Shown here in pieces: positions 22,901-31,967 of a stretch of DNA of 64,000 bases (position 1 is its first letter; the number at the start of each line of letters is the position of its first letter). This stretch comes from a virus. Location of the stretch: the IMG/VR virus record IMGVR_UViG_3300044623_001092. The stretch is one strand, 5' to 3'. The notes beneath the pieces were generated by a model. It had not been told where the DNA came from and made no database searches. It was given only the letters and a program-made list of their open reading frames with translations. The position numbers and the translations under genes were made by a program.

Positions 22901-23215
22901 ACCTTTACCATCTAAAGAACTTTGTCCCGTTATTTCATTTGTATAGGCATTATCTAATAATCCTTTACCTCCAGGATTAAGAAAATTAATTGATGCCAAT
23001 GAAACTGTTTGGATAGCGTCACCATTTGCCGACCCTACCGATAATTTAGTTCTCGGTAATACTCTACACTCTAAGTTAGCATACATTACCAAGTTTTCTT
23101 GTTTTACATATCGTTCTTTTACATTACCATCTAAATCAACCACTTTATTGGGGTCAACAATTGTGATATTATTGTAATCAAATTCTACTAAAATATTTTC
23201 TATTTTATCTGCCAT
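16919..23215 (-). CDS. Very large baseplate hub protein (gp27/late-control-D-like C-terminal region) with a possible terminal GH73-like hydrolase domain
   Basis: CTVSMMGNALIQPTMYFNL...GPYMIQTVSHSITQGSFETIITG resembles the gp27/GPD C-terminus; follows the LysM/gp53-like gene. Confidence 0.65.
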   Translation of the reverse strand: MADKIENILVEFDYNNITIVDPNKVVDLDGNVKERYVKQENLVMYANLECRVLPRTKLSVGSANGDAIQTVSLASINFLNPGGKGLLDNAYTNEITGQSSLDGKGINQPTQKQIFNPKNKEDWYIKQTTKSNGDIGATDNGLLGMTSISINQDLSFMPRVDIQLEDVKGRALFEAGDNSPYAAFFNLPYPLFHLTIKGYYGKAVKLALMLQSFSSRYDSGDGNFKISLNFYTYKYTILGEISMGYLIATPHMYKSRLKVQTQQGGPSNFSNVDNAIVEKGYQKVKEMYNEYKSKGLIPDDFPELTIVQMRDNIENFIKNTLDSFTKANLDPITDIDTYQSTLNEYEKEIFLYLSDGKGSWFDKYMDRTNFLIKKDGTKVYTFKKELSDEQSRKNAKTELFGKLGEYNDLLNKNKTVGINGGYTIDGNRKTCQVENRITENIFTATITPSEIDYVPTYRQVKKVKVDPSPDDIKNFQNELKEAGIFNVTNEVNINNVKILPTEWFKFEGSNSFMDLTGKMSKDLKVIREEIETALTESLSKLLVSKTNGIGFTPNIRNVLAVIFANGEAFLRLLDEVHTKAWNVRDDKIRKDAIFDKDVSNASPDTKDVNVSSDIPVYPWPQYIVSTSGEDGHEKYEIQYPGDSKVVSKTKGFLFDVWPEIEFVEEFIKGFVERTTPPSDPTAGNNGETQTQRITLNSIEYPASNEIFGNKEEVKFIYELYERLLIYTYYTRLSRVYGTGEIDSIAQVVADVESNNVLKSLSNSNPFLILKLKDYALNSRNIIPTLKHISNDGVGLSWQNYIRGIFNTVYLKNYVNDSQFEIMSEISGKDITISLETEPVITNYISASTTSNSVTFTETYPFTDLNWEQGNLANGVTIANTSVAFNTTKVLNFNKSKKIITNFKSGDDDKTVCLPFSNFLKSSDGIKSNDVKNYYSDRTSEKQFFTEGNLKYVNYSGNVNTNQTVSMMNTPYFVNAIQNGVDNFRNSDLYPYKEAAYLFLNSLPLATLREKYKTKNTGGSTTDLDYIFATMKKFGAIHRVPYAWILKYGSIWHRYKNYIETGNDILDNSWKSFDYAGNYDPVASGLTTVYSLTIGGGNVDIILEKNTTISMGPGLTDTSSLINVGFYPKTLNDFNVFYQGFMLYTGYTSTDIQYGIASGLTLNYVDGAIINQSTNLLNTSTADTKNLKVIPWSIYVKTLDDTSFYLMPSEGSIINQTYQECFNGNEQKIEVTGNTAVFNGSVRTFWAAPNYGYFDVDKLIKPTPSQYLKEIFTGLTSSQENFSINGDSNGYDDISEMFSVFEKDVLDILEQEFLNYSKTIYDTLEGDPTHNFQSMMRTLAKIPKTTGTNSTNLIENIQLKQVENLNNTIIEFMNSKKIIKFGNPTNYNKKLFYTFSFLNIVDQYKYGDYSIVTPNALPPNTNLVTSITNYPNEWKALETYVGFSNIDKLKYDDNGSYITDFFIDNNVSFEISNIKDLAPLIKIYATNKLKDSTFNNTKFLQSMTDYLTQTDYFLDKVFDNIMITLNKKLPNVNNSPENQVVSDLEGPQSKIELWESFKSLNDKWISGNDFKVKTLFEDILLLDRASRNIGEKVLVDVYKLKNRLQNVLDSPKVSMLSFVQTILQENNFVVHNLPSYVNFYNVQDVSKNPKPKPEGTLEFANTLFGTFMDVDYRESGPKMVCYYAGKPSEQLDLKENVDYRYRNDAFDLRRVDNPLVENQVGKKDWDKSNKVVGFNVDIGPQNQSMFYGFMVDQKNSSSTVESLEVINQMANQAGNRGGSSQSLSLYNLYKNRSYTCTVSMMGNALIQPTMYFNLRYVPMFNGPYMIQTVSHSITQGSFETIITGIRQPTASLPKIDGYIQTLKNNLLKSIIENNKKDKEAKEKESKNADGTAKSQQEKIQAISGGDKELTQPQTCKPVAPYDEFHDITPTVNNSTFSKVKNELKNVLISDGVDGSVLQYVVFAALYVESANGDIKMTAYESNYGGVTLSDGAWGSSETYFIGNKQFFCLTSANDSTILPYAVFNDLYNHLKFIVGRWKSRMGSVEVTASSIAKFLIINNLTIKGPMMKDMSVYNSYDKTKLKNLEDKVKKSIDVYNAIN

Positions 23216-23531
23216 AATATAAGAAGTGGTTATCTAATGCGTTTTTATAATCTTGTAAAGAAGCTACTAAAGGAACTGGAATTGTCAAGATTGAACCATC
23301 AGGAATATTCCATTCCAATCCTCCGTACATGGGATTAGCAATTAAAATTAACCACCCAAAGTATGGGGAACCATAATATTGTTGTGATAAAATATCTAAT
23401 CTTGATTGTCCAACCTTGTAAATATATCGTTTATCACTAGTTTTAGTTGGTAATGTAATATACGGAACAACCGTTTGTTCACCATTTAAAACAAAATTGT
23501 TATATCTGTTATAATATTGTCTTCCAGCCAT
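23205..23531 (-). CDS. LysM/tail-X/gp53-like baseplate protein
   Basis: RLDILSQQYYGSPYFGWLILIANP...IPDGSILTIP. Confidence 0.8.
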   Translation of the reverse strand: MAGRQYYNRYNNFVLNGEQTVVPYITLPTKTSDKRYIYKVGQSRLDILSQQYYGSPYFGWLILIANPMYGGLEWNIPDGSILTIPVPLVASLQDYKNALDNHFLYYGR

Positions 23532-26500
23532 TATATCGTTATTTTACCATCAAAAGTTGATAATACTGTAGCATCGGAACCATAATTAGTTGTACCATAA
23601 ATATTTTTAAGGGTCTGTTCTTGAACTTCGTTATTTGTGTCGTCTTTAATTGTATTATAATCCATTCTTCTAACTTTACCTTTAGGATACATAACTTCAC
23701 TAATACCCGTAGTATATTTAGTATATTCTTTATCTTTCTTAAAATCACTAATAAGTTTTTCCTCTTTCTTTAATTCTTTAAGATAATCGTCAGATAATTT
23801 ATCACAAATTTTATTAAAATATTTTTTAATTTTTTTGTTTACATCATTAGTTAAAGGACCTGAAATAACAAAATCTTTAAAACCTTGTAATTTACTACTA
23901 TCGGTTAAAACTCTTGCCATCACCATAAAAAACAGTACATTACTAATATCAGTTAATGGTTTAAATGGTTCACCATCACCAATATTAAAGTCTTCAATTA
24001 TTAACTTTTTAGTTTTTAATAATTTATAAAAATCCTCTAAACTTTTTGGTAATTTGTCGTAATCAGTTTCAAATTCAATAAACGTATTAGCGGCAATACT
24101 TGTACTACTAACATCACCTTGTTTTGTCGAACCACTAAGATTATATACTTCAGGTGTTAACCCATCTTTAATTATACCATCAGTTTTAGTTTTTACTAAA
24201 TTAAGTTGTCTTATCAAACCTAATAATTCATTTTGTTGTGACACCATATCACCAATAATAGTTGATAATCCTGAATTATAATCACTAACCATGTTATTCA
24301 CATATTGTTCCATGTTTTGTCTCAACAAAGTCATACCAACAGTTCCATCATCAATATTTTTATCGTCCAAAATATATCCAATTATTGGATTAACATTACC
24401 AACTTTAATAAATGTAATTACTTTTTCAAACAATGTTTTAGTTTGTTCAGTTATATCGGGTTTACCATAAATTATGTTAGTTCTATTTACGACCCCAATA
24501 GTACCATCCGTATATTGACGAGTACCAATATTATTCATCATTTGTAAAGTACCATAGTTATATTGTAAAACCACTTTTTCCATTTGATTTGGAATATTAG
24601 TATAATACTTAGTGGACACATCTAATAAACTATCCATAACTTTACCATACAGAATTTCTCCCGTATCACCAATAGTTGCTGGTGTTGTTTTAATTTCACC
24701 AATTGGTGTTCCACCTTTATTCGGTTGCTGATTATTAACCGTTTCATTTTTACCGTTACTTGAATTTGCAACAATAGAGTCAAATATTTTTTTATCTAAG
24801 GCCGAAGTATCTTCAGTTGCCGTAGCTCTTTCGTCATAAATCTCAGTATTCGCATAATAATTGAAAGACAACGCGTTCTGTAATTGGTCAACAGGTCCTT
24901 TTAACCCCATACCACCAATTATGTTAAAACCTAAACTAACCTCAACTATCATTGGTTGAACTCCAATACCTTCAGGGTTCATATCAAATAATAATGGGTC
25001 ATATGTGAAACTAAGATTATTAGGTATAATTTTAGTATGATAGAAATCACCAATCCTAAGTACTAAGACAGGTGCTGAACCAAATGATGTATTTGTCGCA
25101 TCATTATAAACAGGTTTCCCATCAGGACCAATAACAGGAATCGTATCACCAGGTCTAACACATTGATTTAAAAATGTTATACGAGAATTTAACCCTTCAG
25201 GTGTCATTGAGTGAAACGCTGGATTGAAGTACTTAATTTTTTCTTTAAATGAACTATAAATCATCGGGTCATTTTCTTTAATCATGTCAAAATAATCACA
25301 TTCTGACAATAAAGCCCTTAACACTTTTTTACTTAACCCTTCTTTAAAAGTTTTACTAACATCCTTAGTTGGTTGTGGTTTTAATGGTGTTATTTTATTC
25401 TCAATAGTTTCAGGTTTTTCAATAACAGGAGGTGGTGGTGGTGGCATAGGTTCCGCAGTTATATTTTTGATATTAACACGTCTACAAGCCATCGCACTTA
25501 ACGCATATTTTTGAGATACCGCATTACTAACACCTGTACTCCCTGATATATCAATATGACAATCTATAGATTCACCTGAACCCCCATCACCTTTTGGTAC
25601 TATCACGGTTTCAATTTCACCTTTAGCAGTTGCTGAAACAACTTTAAATTGTTCTTTACCAGCAACCATAAATTCACCTAAATTAGCCTCACCTATTTTT
25701 GTCGTTTTAAAAAATTCTTTAACAGAACTAATTCTTCGTTCTGATAATGATTTATTATAATCAACTGAAGCAACGGCCGATGCCGAACCAACCATAGTTA
25801 TAGTAATACTTTTTAATGTTTTACTTTTAAGTAAATTATAGGCCTCAACAATAAAACCATCAGTTTTTGTAATTGTTTCATAATTCCATTTAATTAAATT
25901 AAAAAAGGCATCCGTATTACGATTGATGTTACCTTCATCAAATGTTACTTTTGATTTATTATAATAGTTATCAATATTACTATCACTAGTATATACGTCA
26001 TAAGTTCCTTTATAATTAGTTCCCGATGTTTTAGGTATATCATTTTCAAAGTAAAAAGAAAAATCTTTATACTTATTTTCAAATTCTTTTGCCGCGGTAT
26101 CCGAAGTTGTTGATGTCTTTTGTGGGTCACCTGTACTAGCGGCATTACCACCTGTACTCGTATTTTGGGCTGGTATCGACTGTTTTAACGTTGATAATTC
26201 TTCAGGTGTTAATCTTGGGTTGTTTAATGCGTTTTGTATTTGTTCTAATTCGGAAACAGGTACTTTGTTATATTTTAGAGCTAAAGTATATAAATCAAAT
26301 TTAGCACAACCCGCAAAAAACGATTCAATAATAGAATTAGTTCGTTCTGAACTAGCATCCTTTAATTGGTGATTCACAATTAAATTCAAAACCGATGGGT
26401 GGTCAACTACTATTTTCCAAGATAAACTACCCGTTCTACTCGTATCTTTATAAGTATAAATTGGTTCAGGTCTACCGATAAAACTAGTTGGATTCCAATT

Positions 26501-28333
26501 CGCCTGACTTGAATCATTAAACTTAATGTCATACGGTGGAAACCACATAACACGTCCACCATTTGGACCTCTTTCACATACAGGCAAATCACTTACTCGG
26601 AACCCATCACGTCCTGAAGTTCTCCAAGCTAAATTCTCAATTGAGAACATATATTTTTTAGCGTAACCCCCAGCATCATTCCAACCCGTTCCAGCAACAA
26701 TATTTGATGACCCAGGATTCTTTAACGGAGCAATATTAAGGTTAAACGTATTATCTAATACAGAATTATTAAATTGTCGACCTGAAGTAGTAATACCATC
26801 AGTTTTTTGTAAATCGGAGTAAGTATAATACGGTGTATCTTTAGCAAATACTCGACAATATTCAACCCCCGCCTCAGCACCTGTCGTATTATCTGTATAT
26901 GATACAACTTGAGAACCTTTAGTCATTTCTTTATAACCATCATTAAACACTTTGGAAACTTGATTAATTGCGTTACCAACATGTTTTAATCTATTTGGAC
27001 CCGTAACGTTATCCGCAGAATTAATTAATTTTTGAGTATTATCAAGTATTGAATCATTTTTTAATTTTAAATTAGTCGATTCATTGCTTTGATATTTAGA
27101 ACTAATAATATTAAATTCTTCATCAACACCACCTGTTCCACCACCAACTGTTGGACGAAATCCAGCATTACCTTTATACTTTGGTGATGTCCAAACAAAA
27201 TTACCATCAATACTTTTACCATCACCATTTAAACCAAAATTTAAAGTACTAATGTTACCCTCATATAATTTAGAAATCTCATCAGGACCATAAACAGGTG
27301 CCAATACTTGTTTACCACTAGAGTTAACAGGAATTTGATTTGCTGGTGAAGTAATTTGAGATGGGTCTGAATTTGGACTACCGATATAAAAACTACTTGT
27401 TACCGTACCATTAGGATTTATAGCATTAGCAATACTATTAACTAATCCGACAACCGCACCTATAGGTCCACCAATTTCTGAGTCATAATTAGGTGAATAT
27501 TTATTATAATATAAATTGGCAAATAAAGCCGACTTTTGACCATTACCCGTATTAGCTAAAAATATTTGTGAAGGGTTTCTTTTTAAATTTAAAATAGGTC
27601 CAAGTAATCCTCCCGTTAAATCATTAACGGTACTTAAAGCTCCCGAAGTTTGTGACGTTGGTAAACTATTATTAGTATTTTCTTCAAAATAATCACCAGG
27701 GATAAATGAAACGGGCCAATAAGCCCCCGCAAGTCTTGTGGCGAAATCCGCCGCCGCGATTATAGGATTTTCAGGAATTGTTATCTTCCAATTTCTATAA
27801 ATTAATGGTTGTTGTCCTGTGGCGATTAAGGCAGCTTGAAATGGGTCTTGTAATGAACTTAAATTAACAACACCAACAGTACTTTGGTATATTTCAAAAT
27901 TTATTCTATCTTCAAACGCTTTCTTTAAAAAAGTCGCACCTAATTTAGCTAGATAAGAATCTTGAGATAATGAACCATCAGAACCTGTTGGATTATTATT
28001 AAGTAATATTGAATATGGTGTATATTTTGACGGTAAAAAACTTTCTAAGTATGGACCTTGATTTGGTGCGTTATTTAACACCTGAAAATCATACATACTT
28101 AAATTGTACCCACCGTTAGGACCAAAACCATTAATAACATAATAATTAGTCGGAGACAAAATATTAAGATTATTAGGGGAATCAATTACACTAAAATTAC
28201 TTAAACTTGTTTCATAATTAATAGCACCACTTGGTGGACTATAAGTACCTGTAACACTATAGGGACTTAAATTTTTTACAATTAAAGTATTTCTAAAACT
28301 TGTCGTAGATGCAAATGATAATGGACTTGGCAT
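23531..28333 (-). CDS. Baseplate / tail-tube initiator-like protein with an inserted OmpA-like domain
   Basis: Lies between the tape measure and LysM genes. WFPPYDIKF..GRPEPIYTY and PVLVLRIGDFY tube-initiator-like segments flank YFENDIP...GSAS...YNKSLSERR...CRRVNI. Confidence 0.6.
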   Translation of the reverse strand: MPSPLSFASTTSFRNTLIVKNLSPYSVTGTYSPPSGAINYETSLSNFSVIDSPNNLNILSPTNYYVINGFGPNGGYNLSMYDFQVLNNAPNQGPYLESFLPSKYTPYSILLNNNPTGSDGSLSQDSYLAKLGATFLKKAFEDRINFEIYQSTVGVVNLSSLQDPFQAALIATGQQPLIYRNWKITIPENPIIAAADFATRLAGAYWPVSFIPGDYFEENTNNSLPTSQTSGALSTVNDLTGGLLGPILNLKRNPSQIFLANTGNGQKSALFANLYYNKYSPNYDSEIGGPIGAVVGLVNSIANAINPNGTVTSSFYIGSPNSDPSQITSPANQIPVNSSGKQVLAPVYGPDEISKLYEGNISTLNFGLNGDGKSIDGNFVWTSPKYKGNAGFRPTVGGGTGGVDEEFNIISSKYQSNESTNLKLKNDSILDNTQKLINSADNVTGPNRLKHVGNAINQVSKVFNDGYKEMTKGSQVVSYTDNTTGAEAGVEYCRVFAKDTPYYTYSDLQKTDGITTSGRQFNNSVLDNTFNLNIAPLKNPGSSNIVAGTGWNDAGGYAKKYMFSIENLAWRTSGRDGFRVSDLPVCERGPNGGRVMWFPPYDIKFNDSSQANWNPTSFIGRPEPIYTYKDTSRTGSLSWKIVVDHPSVLNLIVNHQLKDASSERTNSIIESFFAGCAKFDLYTLALKYNKVPVSELEQIQNALNNPRLTPEELSTLKQSIPAQNTSTGGNAASTGDPQKTSTTSDTAAKEFENKYKDFSFYFENDIPKTSGTNYKGTYDVYTSDSNIDNYYNKSKVTFDEGNINRNTDAFFNLIKWNYETITKTDGFIVEAYNLLKSKTLKSITITMVGSASAVASVDYNKSLSERRISSVKEFFKTTKIGEANLGEFMVAGKEQFKVVSATAKGEIETVIVPKGDGGSGESIDCHIDISGSTGVSNAVSQKYALSAMACRRVNIKNITAEPMPPPPPPVIEKPETIENKITPLKPQPTKDVSKTFKEGLSKKVLRALLSECDYFDMIKENDPMIYSSFKEKIKYFNPAFHSMTPEGLNSRITFLNQCVRPGDTIPVIGPDGKPVYNDATNTSFGSAPVLVLRIGDFYHTKIIPNNLSFTYDPLLFDMNPEGIGVQPMIVEVSLGFNIIGGMGLKGPVDQLQNALSFNYYANTEIYDERATATEDTSALDKKIFDSIVANSSNGKNETVNNQQPNKGGTPIGEIKTTPATIGDTGEILYGKVMDSLLDVSTKYYTNIPNQMEKVVLQYNYGTLQMMNNIGTRQYTDGTIGVVNRTNIIYGKPDITEQTKTLFEKVITFIKVGNVNPIIGYILDDKNIDDGTVGMTLLRQNMEQYVNNMVSDYNSGLSTIIGDMVSQQNELLGLIRQLNLVKTKTDGIIKDGLTPEVYNLSGSTKQGDVSSTSIAANTFIEFETDYDKLPKSLEDFYKLLKTKKLIIEDFNIGDGEPFKPLTDISNVLFFMVMARVLTDSSKLQGFKDFVISGPLTNDVNKKIKKYFNKICDKLSDDYLKELKKEEKLISDFKKDKEYTKYTTGISEVMYPKGKVRRMDYNTIKDDTNNEVQEQTLKNIYGTTNYGSDATVLSTFDGKITI

Positions 28334-28347
28334 TTTTATTATTTTAA

Positions 28348-28355
28348 TATAAATA
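28348..28355 (-). promoter_or_regulatory. Representative TATTTATA upstream motif (putative late promoter); about 19 copies in the window
   Basis: Coding-strand TATTTAT(A) 4-40 nt before starts. Minus strand: 5158, 7519, 12434, 16901, 28348, 30285, 31839, 32806, 36223, 38183, 47961, 48663, 57025, 62448. Plus strand: 36267, 38206, 40016, 41545, 62468. Confidence 0.7.
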
Positions 28356-28371
28356 GATTATCGAACTGTTT

Positions 28372-30264
28372 TTAAACAGTTAATCCGTTGTTAGTTAACG
28401 TTTCTTTTAATTTTTTACTTAACGCTTGTAATGTATCAGTTTTATTTAATACTTCCATTACTTTAGTTTCAGAAAGATTCCCACCATCAATCTTGATTGA
28501 TAATGTAATATCGTGAGTATTTTTATTTTCATTTACCGTACCATTTGATTGTGAATTCATAGGTTGATTCAACATATTTAATTTCTCCAAAAATTCAGGA
28601 CCTTTGGTCATTGCGAATATCGAATCTTGAGGTAATGTTTTAACAGTTTTTCCAGGCATTTTTATCATATCATCAACTTTTTCAATAGCATGTGTACTCT
28701 GAGGTTGAACATCTATTTTTGCGTTGTCAGTCACACCATCTTTTTTAATCGTTGAAAAATTAAACGTATCAGTTATTATTGTATTAAGATTTTGAAATGT
28801 TTTGGTAAATGCACCATCAACATATTCCCCAAAACCTTTCATTGTTGTAGTTAACGCATCAAAATTAAGTTTACCACCTTTAAATGATTCCGCTAAACCA
28901 CCAGTTGTTAGATTTAATTGTTCTCTAAGTTGAGTTGTAGTAGTACCCGCGTTTTTATCATCAAACGCATCCGCCAATTTTTGTGAACCTTCTTTAGCAC
29001 CTTTTAATACTTTACTTGTCGCTTTAGCTCCCGCAAATGCGTATTGTGTTTTACTTTCGATTGTTTTTAAACTTGCCGCCATCGCAGTTGAAACACTTAA
29101 TTGGTCTTTAGCTAACTCAGTAATGTCTTTAGGTTTTTGTGATTCAAAAAACGATTTTCTTTCATCCTCACCCATACTACTAATTGACTGCATAGCTTCT
29201 TCCATATTTAAAGACTTACCATCAAGTGTCATTTTGTACTCACCACCAGCACTCATTTCAGACATGTTAGCTATCATTGTTTTTTCTTCTTCAGTGAAAT
29301 TTCCTGAAAAACGAATCTTAGACATTTTATCACCAAGTTCCGCACTACTTAACGCCATCTTCGCTAAACTTCCTTGTGTCATACCTAATGCCGATTCAAC
29401 CTCCATCATTTGACGTTTAGCCCCTGGCATAATTTCAAATTGACCTTTTTCATTTAAAGTCGTAAATTGTTTTGACATTTCAACAATTTGATTTTGTAAT
29501 TCAGCTGGGTCATTTTGAGCTAAATCCATTAAACGAAGTGGGTCTAATAAATCTGACTGTGCAACACCTAATCTTTGTAATGATGCCGCCATCTCAATCG
29601 CTGATTCAGGATTGAATGCTTTATCAATTGTATTTCCAATATCACGAATATTAATCCTCATATTAACCGCCTGAGCCGCCATTTTAGCAAGACCATCCAC
29701 ACCCCCTTGAAATGTGTATTTATTCATCAGGTCAAGATTTTGAGCGACTTGACCACCTACTTTTTCAGCACTCACCCCAATTTCTCGAGCCCTATCCATG
29801 ATTTTTTGAACTTGACTAGTTGATTGATATAAAGAAATACCAACGTCTTTAAGTCCTGTAATTAATGAGTCAGATTGACCAGGTAATACTTGTTGAATAG
29901 CAAATAAATCTTTATATGATTCTGTTGTAAGAACTAAATTTCTACCAACACTTTCAGAAACATTCTTTTGTATTTCAAGAATATTTTCAAAACCACCACC
30001 TAATTTAGTAACCTCAACAACGGCATCAGACATACTGATTTTTAAGTTGTCAATTTGGGCTCTACCTTGACCAAATTTTTTAATGACTTCAGATGTTTTA
30101 TCATCAACATCAATAATAACATTCATGATTTTAGTAGGGTCGATAGCGTCCTTAAACGCTTGACCTAATTTTTGACCTATATCAGTAAGACCTTCACTAA
30201 TTTTTTTCGTTGTGTTATTAACACCGTCACCAACACCGTCATTAGTTTGAAAAAAGAAACCCAT
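28372..30264 (-). CDS. Tail tape measure protein
   Basis: Ala/Gln/Lys/Met-rich helical protein directly downstream of the chaperone and tube genes. Confidence 0.75.
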   Translation of the reverse strand: MGFFFQTNDGVGDGVNNTTKKISEGLTDIGQKLGQAFKDAIDPTKIMNVIIDVDDKTSEVIKKFGQGRAQIDNLKISMSDAVVEVTKLGGGFENILEIQKNVSESVGRNLVLTTESYKDLFAIQQVLPGQSDSLITGLKDVGISLYQSTSQVQKIMDRAREIGVSAEKVGGQVAQNLDLMNKYTFQGGVDGLAKMAAQAVNMRINIRDIGNTIDKAFNPESAIEMAASLQRLGVAQSDLLDPLRLMDLAQNDPAELQNQIVEMSKQFTTLNEKGQFEIMPGAKRQMMEVESALGMTQGSLAKMALSSAELGDKMSKIRFSGNFTEEEKTMIANMSEMSAGGEYKMTLDGKSLNMEEAMQSISSMGEDERKSFFESQKPKDITELAKDQLSVSTAMAASLKTIESKTQYAFAGAKATSKVLKGAKEGSQKLADAFDDKNAGTTTTQLREQLNLTTGGLAESFKGGKLNFDALTTTMKGFGEYVDGAFTKTFQNLNTIITDTFNFSTIKKDGVTDNAKIDVQPQSTHAIEKVDDMIKMPGKTVKTLPQDSIFAMTKGPEFLEKLNMLNQPMNSQSNGTVNENKNTHDITLSIKIDGGNLSETKVMEVLNKTDTLQALSKKLKETLTNNGLTV

Positions 30265-30309
30265 ATTAATTTAAATTGTTATAATATAAATACACCAAAG
30301 AATATTTTA

Positions 30310-30474
30310 CTAATCCTTTGGTGTATTGTCTTCGATGATTTTATCTATCAAATATTTCCTAATATAGGTTGGGATATTTAAATAGTCAGTATACGACATC
30401 CTTAAAAATCTCGCTAAGATATAGAACTCATCTATTAAATATTTTACGTAATCAGAAGAAAGGGCGAAAAAACT
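30310..30474 (-). CDS. Second (T-like) segment of the tail assembly chaperone, probably reached by frameshift
   Basis: +1 frame relative to the upstream ORF: (F)ALSSDYVKYLIDEFYILARFLRMSYTDYLNIPTYIRKYLIDKI, resembling the gp51/gpT-type 'MP..R..' helix. Confidence 0.6.
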   Translation of the reverse strand, partial: SFFALSSDYVKYLIDEFYILARFLRMSYTDYLNIPTYIRKYLIDKIIEDNTPKD

Positions 30475-31210
30475 CAGCCCCAAAGGATACATCAAATGTT
30501 ACCTTTTCTCCAGACGGGGCTATTACTTCCCTCTTTAAATCTAAAGAAGGTTGATTATTGTTAATAAAATTTCGGATATGTTTAGAATCCATAATAGGTA
30601 ATGTATCAATAAATTTTGAAATATACCCTCTGTCATTATTTCCATTAACAGATATAATTAATTTATTTAATCTCCAAGTAATTTTTGGGGGAATTAATCC
30701 AACAGGATATTCTTCCGCTTGTCTATCTAATTCAACTATTTCATTAAATGTTAATGGTCTTAATTGAACGGTCATTTCAGTTTTAGGTAATGTTGTTGTA
30801 TATAAACCATTTTCATCAGGTTTATGTTCAGTTTGTTTAATATTTAACGACTCCAAATATTCTGTGTGTGGAAAATATTTATTAGTCGAGGGGTCTAATA
30901 ATTGAACACTATATTCAGAACCAAATGATGTGTTTCTTAAAAAGATTAAGATAGCTTCAACATCACCTTCTAAAAGTTCATCAGGTCTTAAATCAGGTTC
31001 ATATATTTTATTTCTCAATAACCCAATTACAATATTTTCTTTTGAATTTCGATTAGAATTCAATAAGTAATTTTCATCGTTCGCAGTTAAATAACCAACT
31101 TTAACCGATTTTTTCTTTGATTTATAAAAAATACCACCACTAGGTAATGTTACCACATCATGTGGTAAGTTAAAATTTTCTTGTCCAGCTTGCATTAAAC
31201 TTTGTTCCAT
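30452..31210 (-). CDS. Tail assembly chaperone / baseplate hub assembly protein (T4 gp26-like)
   Basis: VTLPSGGIFY, YLTANDE, GDVEAILIFLRNTSFGSEY, C-terminal FFRP; lies between tube and tape measure. Confidence 0.8.
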   Translation of the reverse strand: MEQSLMQAGQENFNLPHDVVTLPSGGIFYKSKKKSVKVGYLTANDENYLLNSNRNSKENIVIGLLRNKIYEPDLRPDELLEGDVEAILIFLRNTSFGSEYSVQLLDPSTNKYFPHTEYLESLNIKQTEHKPDENGLYTTTLPKTEMTVQLRPLTFNEIVELDRQAEEYPVGLIPPKITWRLNKLIISVNGNNDRGYISKFIDTLPIMDSKHIRNFINNNQPSLDLKREVIAPSGEKVTFDVSFGAEFFRPFF

Positions 31211-31259
31211 ATAAATTACTTTTATTTTAAATATAATTGGTAACTTGTTTTAATAAACA

Positions 31260-31293
31260 CAAAAAAATCCACGCAAACCAAATTACGTGGATT
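31260..31293 (-). terminator. Terminator after the tail tube gene
   Basis: Minus strand aatccacgtaa-tttggt-ttgcgtggatt followed by a T run. Confidence 0.75.
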
Positions 31294-31314
31294 ATTAAAT
31301 TTAATATTTTTATC

Positions 31315-31803
31315 TTAGTATATTAAGACACATCTATCAGGACGTAGAGTTGCATTAATCTCTGCAACACCATCTGTACTATATCCTAAAGAACCAAAGT
31401 CAACATCAGATAACCAAGCACCTTGAAGTAACCATTTTTCAACAACAACTCCTGTTGGGTCTAACATTTCTAAGTAAACGTCTTTTTTATAACCTGCAGC
31501 ATATCCCATACGACCTGTAACAGACTCAGCACATAAACGTACCCACTCCATTAACGCTTGAGACGCTGAAGGTCCAATCGGGTCACGGAATTTAACACTG
31601 ATTGTTCCCCAAGTAAATCTACCCGCAACATAAGTTGATGTATTTAAAAATTGGATTTCAGTTGCCGCAATAGTTAATTTAGGTCTAGCAGTTGATTCAA
31701 CGAACCATTCATTAATACCTAGTGAAGAATCAAACCTTAATATAAACCTATTTTGTCTTTTTGGTTCATAAGGAAGCGGCATTTTCATTAGTAAATCAGC
31801 CAT
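31315..31803 (-). CDS. Tail tube protein (T4 gp19-like)
   Basis: EPKRQNRF, YVAGRFTW, YKKDVYLEMLDPTGVVVEKWLLQGAW. Confidence 0.92.
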   Translation of the reverse strand: MADLLMKMPLPYEPKRQNRFILRFDSSLGINEWFVESTARPKLTIAATEIQFLNTSTYVAGRFTWGTISVKFRDPIGPSASQALMEWVRLCAESVTGRMGYAAGYKKDVYLEMLDPTGVVVEKWLLQGAWLSDVDFGSLGYSTDGVAEINATLRPDRCVLIY

Positions 31804-31967
31804 ATTTATTTATTTTAATTTTTGTTTATGTTTTTATTTATAAATATCCCTTGAATAATTTTTCTATTTACTTCCAGAATTTAAAAAATTATTATTCTAG
31901 TATAAAAATTAGTTCTAGTTTATTATTTTAATATTATTTTATTTATTAACTTTATTTAATAAATATA

